Below, one piece after another: positions 52,201 to 64,000 of a stretch of 64,000 nucleotides of DNA. The position numbers and the translations under genes were made by a program. The stretch spans positions 34,596,001 through 34,660,000 of the forward strand of contig JAQFVV010000001.1 in the NCBI GenBank assembly GCA_028023455.1, written 5' to 3'. How positions within the stretch are numbered: the stretch's first letter is position 1; the number at the start of each line of letters is the position of its first letter. The stretch comes from Epiperipatus broadwayi (taxonomy: Eukaryota; Animalia; Onychophora). A model generated the notes under the pieces. The model was given only the letters and a program-made list of their open reading frames with translations, did no database searches and had not been told where the DNA came from.

Positions 52201-55200
52201 CATTTCCAACAACTAGAATTTTTTCTCTTTTTTTTCACAAATATTATAATTTTTTTTTTCTCATTTAGCATTTCTAAAATTTTGGTGTCATATATATATT
52301 GGATTTGTTTAAATAGGCAATTACAAGCAGATTCAAATTTTAATATTACAATTGGAAAAAGAAAGAATTCTATCAAAAAGAATAAGAATCCATAGCTGTT
52401 GTTTTTTTTTTCTTTACTGTTTTAAAGTTGTGATATTCCTATTTACATTCTTTTTAATATATATATATATATTAACTAATAAATTCCACTAAATGAATTT
52501 ATTGTAAAACTTGCTTACAAAAAACTTTAAGTTAACAAAATTGTTAAATACTGTTGACTATATTATAATTAAATAAAAAAAATTCAGAATGATGATTATA
52601 CTTGCTTTTTCTTTAAGCAAAATTGATTTAAACCTAAGGACAAAATGACTTGTTCATATTCCTATAGAAAAATTTGCAGGTAAACAATTTTTTTACTAAT
52701 GCATCTTAATAATGGGAAAGGAAATTTTCATCTCTATTAATTTCTTATATAAAAATAATGAAAGTAATAGTAAAGTTTTTGAATATTTTACACTAATCAA
52801 ATTCAAATAATTTTAATACATAGCTCAGTACTGCATTGAGACTATTTCTAAAAATTGAAGAAATTGTACAAATTTTCGATATTTAGGATTTAATTTTCTG
52901 ATATACAGCGTGTGACAAGCTGAAAATGAACTAGATTCTCCCCTCCCCTCCATTCCTTTACTTTTATATTTCTAATTTTTGCTTTTAACAGCCCTCTTAA
53001 TCAATGAATGTCTTTCATTTGTTTATAAAAGTTTTTGATTTGAAGAACTTTCTTCAAGCTGACTCATCTGTACTCTCTTGGTATACTTGTGAATTTTCAA
53101 AACTACCAAGATGATAGTATTTCATTAACAATTTTTATTTCAATTAAAAAATAAAGTAATAAATTCCAATAAATTTAACTGACAATCTTTATTTCATTTT
53201 TTTTTTTTTAATTACTTTCCAAAGTTGGGTTACTTACATTTACAAAAAATGAGTAGACGCCTACAATCTCCTGAAGATATCTTACATAAACCAAAAAAAT
53301 AATAATAATATGAATACAATATTTATAGTTTGTTCATGTCTAGTTACATTTATAAAAATGAACCCAAAATAATTATAATATAAATACAATATTTACACTT
53401 TATTCATGTTGTTGGCGTGCAATTTGTAATGACTTCTAAAATCGCTATAGTTATTCTAAGCTTCTATAATCTCCCGAATATCTTAGTTGTTAAATTTTAA
53501 AAAAAAGAATAAATATAAAATTTCATGAAGAATATTCCAATTATTTTTTTTTACTTATATTACAATGTGGAAGTCATGAGATACTCTGTTGTAACTTTTG
53601 GTTCAGCAAGATTTTTTTTTTTTTTTTTTGGTAAGTAGTGATAATGATCAAAATTTGGAATTTTCCTATTACAGAACAAAATGCAGTAGAGTATTTCCAA
53701 AGCTATGGAATCCTATTCTCCAGAAAAGTGTGCTAATTAATGGTCATGATGAAACTATATTCAAACTTAATTTTTTAAGCTTCGGAAGAATATTAATGGA
53801 ATATGGACTGTCATATTGGTAAGCCCTTGAAACTGTATATTTATCAAATTTTATGAAAAATACAGACTGCCATCTTGGTAATTTGAAAACTCGCAAGTAT
53901 TTAAATTTCTCTCAACCTGATAGATTAACATCCTATGTCTCAAATTATGTATAATACTTAAAATTTAATATATAAATTAATGTAAGGAGAATTTAAAATA
54001 CTTTCTATCATATAAAGCATAACTCTTAATTATTATTATAATAATTTTTTATGTAAAAGGGGGGGGGGGTTGGTGCGAATTGCTTGTATTTGAATGTGAC
54101 TTTCTAGGTAAGCACAAATCAAGGTATCAAATTAAATATATATTAAAAAAACTGCAGTACAAAAAAAGACCCTTGTCTTTTTTACATATACTATTGAATA
54201 ATTGTTTCCAGCATGTTTTATATACCAATCTGAATTTTCTTTGAGCATCCGTATATTAATATATTCTTCAGACATTCTTGAATATCTTTTCTTTTTTATA
54301 TCATTGTCTATGAGCCTTTTCCTTTCACATCCATAATTCCTCTACACGTATTTTTTTTTTCAGTTTCACATTTCTTGAATCTTTGTTTCCTTTTATGTCT
54401 TTAGTCTTTTCATGTATGGAAATTTATGATACAAACAAAAAAAATCATTTTGCAAGACTATTTTATAAATAACTTTTGTCTTGAACAACTTCTTATTTTT
54501 CTTAAAAGTTTGTTTTGTCATTGCAAGTTTTAATTCTAATTTAAACACTGAATAATTTATGAATACTAGACTATATATCTCTTATAATCATTTATCTGTC
54601 TTTATCTTTTTTTTTTTTTGTTTACTTACGTTTATTTTTACCTCAAATTATTTAGTCATTTGTTAAGTATACCCATAATATTGTAAGCACAATCACGTTT
54701 CAATAAATAATCCTATTTAATCTTCTATAAGTTTAATTCTATTATTTTCAAAAGTATTCTTCATTATTTAGCATCTCATTTAAAGAAGTATTAAACAAAA
54801 TTTTCTTTCTTTTTTTTTTTCACTTTTATATAAAACTATTTGTCATGTAATCCTTTTAATTTTTATAACTATTTTCTGATTTATAAACATTTTTTTTAAA
54901 GTTGTATCTCCTTCCTATCTTTCACTTTCCTATCAAAATATTCAACAAAATACCTTAAATCATTTTCATGGGCAATTTTAAGATTGATGAATCAAATGTT
55001 AATCTCTTTAAACTTATCTCACAACTCCTGTGGCTTTTCTAAATTCATATTGCTTCTCAGATACAAATTCATTTATTTTTTTTAGAAAATGTCTGTTTAA
55101 AACTCTAACCATATTAATCCTATGTAACATTTAATTTATTATTCTAAAATTTCTCATAATTCATTACATTAAGTTTTTTCTGCAATAGAATCATATACAC

Positions 55201-55827
55201 AAAAAAAAAACTTTACTAAACATGCTCTTGGGCCATGAAATTATGTTAGAAATATCACAATTTTATTTTTAAACTTTTTTTGTCTTTATTTAATATAATT
55301 TTCTAAAAGCTTTATCATCTCCATCATGCAAATCAGTATATATTCTAATCTTTTTAATAATTTACCATTGTTTCTGTTAATTATTGTTTTATTTTGATAT
55401 GTACTAAATCATTTTTTCATTCATTACTTACATAGACCCTTTTGCTTTTTTACTTTTAGCATTTACACTATAGTTTTTCTTTTTAAAAAAAAAAAAATCT
55501 GATATAGTAAAATTAATTTGATAATTCACTGTGTTGGGTTTTTTTTTTTTCTTAAAATATTATCTCACACCTACAATAACTAAATCATCACCTTTGAATG
55601 TGCTTCTATTTAGTATTATACATATATTATCTTAATTCTTTTACTTGTATATTGTATCCTCCATTCCAGCATACCCAATCCAATTTCTTTTATTTTTCAT
55701 AATTTTCTCAAAAAAAAATCTTGTTTCAACTTTTTCCTAAATCTTTTATTCGATTCTATATATATAAAAAAAAAAAAAACATAATATTAGATGATTTATT
55801 ATTAAAGTTTTATTCCTATTTATATGT

Positions 55828-58740
55828 AAATAATATAAAAACTCTGTCAGATAATGAAAATTATTCTGCACGAATAAAGTATGATAAACAGAGCAGCCAA
55901 AATGCAAAAACATTAATTATAAACAACAATTTGTCAAGCGCTTTCGGTACTGTATAGACATATTGGAACTGAACGGGTAATATTCCAGTGCATGCTCAGT
56001 GGAACACTGGTGTTACGCTGATTAATAACGTTTTTAGACTTCGCAATGAACCAAGCCTCTTTCAACCTCCTTTTCCGATCATTTGACTCATTGCACACAG
56101 TAGTAATATTTTGAAGATAAAACTCATGACCACAATTACATTCATGATTTGAAAAAACCAGAATTAATCTGCAAATCACTTTTAAATTCTTTGTACTGAT
56201 AAATATGCTGGTGTAATCGCGTTAAAACATTCGCTTTCGTTTCACTGTAATAAATAGCATTACAACCAATTTTTTTGCAAGTAATGGAATAAACCACTTT
56301 ATACTTATTCATTTCTTCCACATTATCCTTTGAATTGTTTATTAATCTATTTAAACACAAAGGGGAACTGAATCCTACATTATAATCTTCACCGATAATA
56401 TTTTTTAATTTCTTACTTATAGGTGGCACATAAGCTAAAGAAAACCACTTTTTGACCGTTTTTTTATTTACATCCACTTTATGTTTAAACTTTAAATTCC
56501 GTTTACAGGAAGAGAGAACCCATGGGTTTAATAAGGATTACGTTATTAAAGTGTATTGTGAAAGATTGTAAAAAAACAATTATATTTAAATGTTGCAAGA
56601 AGGCGGAGGATTTTAAACTTTTATTCGATACTGGATATTATTGATAGGTGTAATGATTTGCAAATGTTTTTACAGCGTAAATTTGAGAATCAATTTAATT
56701 TTTTAGTGATGAAACAAAATGTAATAATTTATAATGAAGTACAAGATAATTTTGTGAATTTATGAAATGAAAATTTGTCAATGGAATTTAAATCTTTGTT
56801 GGAATGCGGTCGTAGATTTGTTGGTGGTGGTTGGAGAGATCCGAATATGGAGACTATTGCAGATATTGAGATAGCGTATGAGTTTTCAGAGAAAGAGATG
56901 GTGATTAAGCAGATTGTTCCATAGTTAAAAGATCGTTATTATAATCTTGCAGAGGGTAAGAAGTGGTATAGAACGATTAATAAGTTCAGATTGTTGTTGA
57001 AGGATAAAAATATTATTTGTGCAAAAGAAGATAAAGGCAATAGATTTGTGTTGATGGATGGACATATATATATAAAGAGAAAATTTCTCAGCAAATTGTT
57101 AAGTTGAACTTTGAAAAAGTTGAGAATTATAAGTTAAAAGTGTGTAAGGACAAGTTTGTTTGCAATGTTTTGTGACCATATGTTGGTAAAATAGTTAGGA
57201 GAGATGAATATTTGAGGATTTATCCATCAGCTGCAATTGTTCCGTTAAGATTGATGATGGATTTTGGGGCTTATTATTATCAGAAAGCATCGCAATTGGT
57301 TGCAAAATGGTTACAAGATTTGGTTGGTTTTGGCGAATATATAATTCTACATTTGAATTTGTTCAGATTTTGGAGTCTGCCAAGGTGTTTGATGATGGTT
57401 ATATGGCCTCATTGGATGTATGTGTTATATGGATCAATGGACCGTAATAAATTGATAAGTGTAATTAATAAACTTTTGTTGGATTATAATGTAGACTTTT
57501 GTAAAGCCAGATTTATTATGGAAGTGTTGGAATGGATTAATGGAGATATTACTGCAAGATATGGAAAGAATCATTATCAAATGAAAAATGTTTGGCCGAT
57601 GGAGTTGGCAGTGAGTGGTATTGTGTGTAGTTTATGTTTCGGAAATGGAAAAACATATTGTTACAGCATTTGTAAGGAGTTATGATTTAATATATAGAAG
57701 ATATGTGGATAAGGTTTTTGGGTATGGTTCAAAAGATGTGATAGTGAATATGTTCAATGAATTAAATGAGAATTCCGGTTTGTCATGGACTATTGAGTTT
57801 GAAAATGATGGTATCTTAAAGTATTTAGATGTAAATGTATATAAATGCTATAATATGTTTGGTATAAAATGTTTCTTAAACCATTGAATGTAAGAGATTT
57901 TATACATCCATCATCGAATGTTTCTTTGAATTATAAAATGGCTGGATTTAAGTGTTTTTTGTATCAAAATTTGCATCTTTGTAAATTTGAAGCAGATAGG
58001 AAAAATAATATTGATAAATATATGGATGATTTGATAGGAATGGGATACAAAAAAAACTATATTACACAGACAATTGTGTTTGTTTTATCAGAATTTAAAG
58101 TTTAAACATAAAGTGGATGTAAATAATAAAATGGTCAAAAAGTGGTTTTCTTTAGCTTATGTGCCACCTATAAGTAAGAAATTAAAAAATATTATCGGTG
58201 AAGATTATAATGTAGGATTCAGTTCCCCTTTGTGTTTAAATAGATTAATAAACAATTCAAAGGATAATATGGAAGAAATGAATAAGTATGAAGTGGTTTA
58301 TTCCATTACTTGGAAAAAAATTGGTTGTAATGCTATTTTTTACGATGAAATGAAGGCGAATGTTTTAATGCGATTACAACATTATATTTATCAGTACAAA
58401 AAATCTAAAAGTGATTTGCAGATTAATTCTGGTTTTTTTTTTCAAATCATGAAAGTAATTGTGGCCACGAGTTTCATCCTCAAAATATTACTACTGGGTG
58501 TAAATGATCGGAAAAGGAAGTTGAAAGAGGCTTGGTTTATTGCGAAGTCTAAAAACGTTATTAATCAGCGTAATACTAGTGTTCCACTGAGCATGCACTG
58601 GAATATTAACCGTTCAGTTCCAATATGTCACCATGATTCTGGTATACAGTACCGAAAGCGCTTGGCAAATTGTTTATAATTAATGTTTTTGAATTTTGAC
58701 TGCTCTGTTTATCACGCTTTATTCGTGTAAAATAATTTTT
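55828..58740 (+). mobile_element. Penelope-like retroelement (RT + GIY-YIG endonuclease), pseudogenised, with an inverted 3' duplication at its 5' end
   Basis: NLSMEFKSLLECGRRF, LKDKNIICAKEDKGNRFVLMD, ASLDV, YQMKNVWPMELAVSG, YRRYVDKVF, LKYLDV, IHPSSN, then VVYSITCKKIGCNAIYYSETKANVLTRLHQH and RKLKEAWFI. 55857-56499 is the reverse complement of 58091-58740. A 12-bp direct repeat ctatttatatgt flanks the element (55816-55827, 58741-58752). Confidence 0.92.
58626..58667 (+). ncRNA. Degenerate minimal type I hammerhead ribozyme in the PLE 3' region
   Basis: TGTC-ACC-ATGATTC(T) [cf. CTGATGA]-GGTA tacag TACC-GAAA-GCGC-TT-G(G/A)CA: stem II, GAAA, palindromic helix III and UH are intact, while the CUGANGA strand is mutated. 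Confidence 0.55.
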
Positions 58741-61700
58741 CTATTTATATGTTTATTTAGCCATTGCAAATTTCATAGATTTTTTTCAATACTATTTTCC
58801 AAGATCAGTTCATTAACTTTCCAAATATTTAAAAACATCATTAGCTCTATATTTTTTTTGTCCAATATTTATTCTAATCTTTTTTCACCATTATTTTTTG
58901 TTTTACTTTTATTTGCATTTGTTCATTATGTCCTTTTTATTGACTCTTCTAAATGTATATTAAACCAAACAGCTCTTCCTATGTTTTCTACATATTTTGT
59001 TAGGCTTATCCTTAATATTCACAAATAATGCCCTATTTTCAGCAAATTTAATTCCCATTCCCTGTTCTAATTTCAATCTCATCAAAATAATATATATTAA
59101 ATGAAGCAGGAAATCTATTTTATTTTAAAACACATCTTCCTATATCGGACTCTTCTGTAAAAAAAAAAAACATGATTCATATTCAGATTTTGTGATGAAC
59201 ATTTCTTTCAGTCTATCCTTTTTATTTTTACTCAATTTACTTTTATCAAGCATATTTTTAAAATTAATCCTTTTTTTCCCTCTCTTTTTATAAATATATT
59301 GTAGGACTTGAACTAGATTTCATGGTCGTCTTTTTATATATATATATTCAAATCCATACTTTCATTATCATTAGTAGATATTTTTTGTGTATATTTTAAC
59401 TAATTTTTCAATTTATCCATACATTTCAGAATGTCTACCAGTTGGCATATAAACTTGAATAATTATATAAAAAAAATTTTTTTTAGCAATTTTTAGTCAT
59501 TTAATTATTTACTCATTTCTGATTAAAAACATGTTTTTTGTTTTTTTTTTTGCTTTGTAGTATGTTTTCATTTTAACAAAAAAATTGTTCATTTCTTTGG
59601 TTTGTTATTTGTCTTTATATCCTATATACCAATTTTTATAATACCTTGAAAATGTTAATATTTTGGATATGTCCAATATTTCAGTTGCTATGTTGTCAGT
59701 CGTAAAAGAGTTTACTCTTATGGAGTAGTTGTCACAGATTTTTTTTTAATCTACCTTCTACATAATTATCCAACATGAATTATTGTATAAGATGAATCTC
59801 TTGGTATAGTGGTTAGTACATCCACTTATCATGATCTAGGATTGTGAAGCAAGTTTGATTTTTTTTCATTTTCAGATAGCTAATCTAACTATATGTTCAA
59901 TTAGTTGGTCAATAATTCTTAATTAAAAAGTAAAATGGGGGAGGGGAGATTTAATCCTTACCAACTATTACTTAACAAACGAGTTTGGTATTATTTTTCC
60001 ATTAAAATTTTGTGGAGAGATGCCCTGCAGTAGGCTATTTAAGATTGTTGTATATATTTTTTTAAGTAAATTTTTTTTTTTCTACTTTTATATTACTGCA
60101 ATAAATCTTAAAAGACAAAACTTCTATGCTAATATAAATTGACTTACAGAAAATAAATGAAATGCAAAATGCCATTAACTTCTTTTGAGAATTATTAGTG
60201 ATTGCTTGTCAGAATAATATATTGAATGTGGAAGTTTCATAAGCAATAGAGATTTCAAAACAATAACAAGATTTAAAGTGAAAACTACAAAGATATAATT
60301 ATTTGCTGAGCAGGATCATTTTAGATCTTTTTTAATGCATTGAAAAATACATATTGACCTGAAAACTGATATCATAATTCTATTAGATCAGGGAATGATA
60401 CTTTTTAAATATTGATACAGGAATTCAGAATATTGTAATGATATATCCATACTAAATATTCATTTAGCAGCTCTTTGTAAACTTAAAACCTGATAGACTT
60501 GGGTCCTGAAGAAAATTTTAAAATATGGTGGTATTTTAGCTTCAAAACTATTGGACTTTTTTTAAGGAATATATGGACACGTGAAATTGTACTACTTTTT
60601 ATATTCCATTGTATAAAGGGGTAAAAAAATTTACAGTAATTATTGCAAATAATCATTCAAGAAATTTGTTGAATAGGATTATTTCTCTCATAAATAAATA
60701 GATACCATTACCCAAATGTTTTAGAAATATGCCATGAGCAAATTGTGATTTTTTTTTTATAGCTCGTGTGATGGAGAAAAAAGTAATAATGCTCTTGAAA
60801 AATCTTAGGCATTTGAAGTGAAAATTGGCATTTAAAAGTATGTAAATTTGTTTTCATTTTTATGACTGGTCTTCAGAATAGTTCGTAGACAAAAAATAGG
60901 TATCAAGACAAATATAGCTTTGACAATGGAATTTTTTAATTTGAACTTATTAAAACAAAAACTTTATCTATTTGATTTTTATCGTAATGTTTCATGTTAT
61001 TTTTAGCAACAGAAAAATTAATCCACAGAATGTTCTTAATGTTGTTTTTATGCAAGCTGTACTGATTAATAACTAATGTTCCAACAACTTCAAATATTTT
61101 ATCACCCATTCACTATATGAGAGACAAATCTTCAATTTTTTTTAATTTGGATGATTATTATCTTGAAAATAAGAATCAATTTAAATATCTTGTATTTCAA
61201 CACCCAAGTCTGCCTCTATGCAAAAAAAAAAACTTGGATGTTGAAAGGCATATGATCCCAATGTTGTGCTATTGTATTTATTAAAGATAGTATTTTAAAA
61301 TTGTCTATATTATATGGTCCAAATTTCTATATGGAAATAAGATGTGGATTTTCTATCAACATAATGTAAATTGTAAAAAAAAATTCATAAAAAAATGAGG
61401 AAAAATTATAAAACTAATTGTCTTTTTTAGTTTTCCTGTTATAAATATTCTTATTGAATTGCTAATGTGAAACATGAATAATAGTAGTTTTACTAAAAAA
61501 GTATTTTATCATGAGCATGTAAAGATTATTTCAAAGAATTGAAGATTAATATTTCATAAAAAAAGAACATTGCAAAAGAAGTTAAAAGTTAGCATGGAAA
61601 GATTTCAAGCAAACACTTAAAGAGAATGTTATGATATATGCAGATGTATTTGTGTTTCAAGCCTATTTTGTATAGTCATTGCAAAACTCATGTTGCTTTT

Positions 61701-64000
61701 TTTTTTATCTTTAAACTTTTTTTTTTCATCTAGAATTACAGTTGTCTTATTCATTTACAAGGGATTGTTAATGATAATGTAAGACCACAGCAATCCATTT
61801 GCGTGCATAGATATTACAATATATATATGCCTGGAAGTTGCCATTGATAGCATACTTATATCATTTATTCATATTTATCTTATGACACTTATCTGAGTGT
61901 ATTTGCAAACCTTTTCAATATATGTATATACCAAATAAGGTGTCATCTAACATTTGATAAATATTAATAGTAATGTGTTCATACAAATATATATTTTTAA
62001 TGGACTGAAGAGTTAAAAATTCCTGAATTGAAAATTAGTCTGCTACTTTCAATCCAGAATATTATATGATTTCATAAACAGATAACAATTAATAATAATC
62101 ACTTTATTAATCTTGGAAGATTGCAATGAATTTTTATTACAAATGCAAAATAGATATCTACAAATAATGGAATAAATATAACTATAGTCAGTGCATTTTC
62201 AGCTCCTTAATAGAAATTGACAATATATTTTTTCTGCATTTTAAAAATAAATATTTTAATAAACATAGCACCAAATATATGAATAGAAATAGGCTAATTT
62301 TCAAGAGCTGTCAAACTCATTCTTATAGTCTTGGTTTATATTAAATACAGTAACAAGGGTGAATTTTAGTCAGATATAAATATACCATTATTAATTTTGG
62401 CTTATAATTTATTAATTCCATCTTATTTGAATTTTTAATAGTTACAAAGATTATAAAATGAGATTCTGGTTTTTGATTACGTATTTAATTATAAATTAAA
62501 CTTAATAAGACTAAATATATATCTGGTTTAAAGCTAAAATGCACTCTTGGTCAGAAAATGGCAGAAAAGTCTTAATAAAATCTGAGACTACAAAAATAAG
62601 TGAATGACCATTTTACTATTAGGTTTAATGACGGTGAATGTGTGTGTGTGTGTACATGTATATTTGATAGCTTTCAGAAGAAGTTAGTCTGATTCTATTC
62701 CATTATCTGTAACTGTAATATTTGGTGCAGTGTTTTTTAAAATATTTTCAAGTATTTGTCTGTTTCTTAGACTTTTTATTGGAAAATATATATTATTCTC
62801 TTTAGTAGTTTCCATAAACAATTCAATATATTTAAAGAAGATTTAGTTTTCTTTTTTCAACTGCTATTTATAGAAAAGAAAATTATAGTAGTTAATATAT
62901 ATATATTATAGCTCAAAATGACTAATTCAATAAAAACAAAAGAAAAATAGGCACCATATCACTCAAGCATACACAATATATATATATAATGATGTTGCCT
63001 TGACATCAGTTTGAAATTGTTTGATTGATATTGGGATTGTCTAGGTATTGACTGACTTTTAATGATATATATATTAATTTATTGATGTTGCTTGAGTAAA
63101 TATTAACTCATAAAATAAAGTTTGTGATCATGAAAATTTTGAAATGCTGTATTGTTCATATTTTAAAGAGAAAAAAATAAGTATGTGATATCAGAAGTTT
63201 TTTACAAAAGATGTTGGACTTGGAGGAAGAGGATGTGGTAGTGATCATAAAAATTTTGGCAGTAGAACAGAGAGTGATTTGGTAGCTGCAGAGATTGTCG
63301 TGGAAAGGAAATGAAGTAGTAGGAATGTGGCTATTGAATTTTATCATGATGATGTATTTATAGTGAGTAAGAAAATTGTTGTTTTATTTACTAAAAGTAT
63401 AGTTCCAGATGTTGTCTGTCATGAGAAAAAAGTTTCTGTTGGAAATGGCAATGGTGAAAAGATTGAATATAGAGATTGGAATACTTTCTGATCAAAATTG
63501 ACAGCAGCCATTTTGAAAAGAATTGATAAAATGCACATGCACTCTGGTGTAAAAGTTTTTTATTTGGATGCTGCTTTGTGAATTGCAGTACCATATAATT
63601 TGCATATTGTTAGACAATTATGATTCATAAATACTGTAGGCTTTTTTTATCAATCAATTCTATAATTTCTAATATTGATGATTCTCATTATCCATACAAA
63701 TATAGAAATTTATTGTGTAATTGATACTGTTTTGCAAACAAAGTAAAGCATAATTAAGCTTGAATAGTTGTTTTCTATTCTTTTTTTTTTAAAAAAAAAA
63801 ACAAATGTCAATCATTTTGTTACCTCTGTAAAAGCAAATTTTCTTGGTTCCATTGTACAACCTGAAACTGTTTTTGCCAATGAGGTAAAATCACATGTGC
63901 ATCTGACTGTAGTACATATATAGGTCGTGGCCTTGATCGTCGTAAAAATTTGAAATGTCTTTTGTTTGGATTAAAAGATATGCATGATTATTGATGTTAA

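Larger units (their letters stand above)
54200..59700 (-). mobile_element. Strongly decayed Gypsy-like pol (RT connection/RNase H) region hosting the Penelope-like insertion
   Basis: A-rich minus strand. Across the empty PLE site it reads KNL*NLQWLNKH..KTLIINHLIL, then EIGLGML (~55660) and IRIYTD (~55340), in the RT-connection/RNase H order. Boundaries are approximate. Confidence 0.35.
35806..64000 (+). other. Next intron of the TIA-1/TIAR gene, apparently running past the window end
   Basis: GTAAGA donor at 35806. No recognisable phase-2 exon continuing the low-complexity tail was found by eye. Confidence 0.55.

Noticed and set aside
58696-59028. 110-aa hydrophobic ORF
   Set aside because: Antisense of an A-rich decayed retroelement.
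63150-63600. Nearly open frames on both strands, possibly a LINE RT remnant
   Set aside because: Contains stops and only a vague motif resemblance (KKLLI). The family cannot be assigned without a profile search.

Overview
Very AT-rich metazoan genomic DNA. An arthropod or chelicerate origin is inferred from the protein and TE types and is not proven. The window lies inside one + strand gene, a TIA-1/TIAR (TIAL1/Rox8-like) RNA-binding protein. Two coding exons are visible: the RRM3 exon (1418-1629) and the Q/G/Y-rich low-complexity exon (35660-35805), joined in phase 0 across a ~34-kb intron. No terminal exon was recognised, so the rest is intronic. The introns are full of decayed transposons: two Buster-type hAT elements with intact 8-bp TSDs, Gypsy relics, Tigger and Tc1 relics, LINE tails and several foldback/MITE palindromes. 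There is also a Penelope-like element (RT + GIY-YIG) with a ~650-bp inverted terminal duplication and a decayed hammerhead ribozyme. The best leads are: (i) a candidate autoregulatory cassette at 6.7-6.9 kb (stop-containing exon with weak donors followed by U-rich tracts, plus a hairpin-masked microexon); (ii) sense-strand RNA structures just upstream of the low-complexity exon; (iii) a 28-nt in-frame microexon at 42250; (iv) a hairpin family whose arms change in concert between copies; (v) the PLE hammerhead relic. Apart from those overlapping the exons and TE relics, the supplied ORFs look spurious. All alignments were done by eye.
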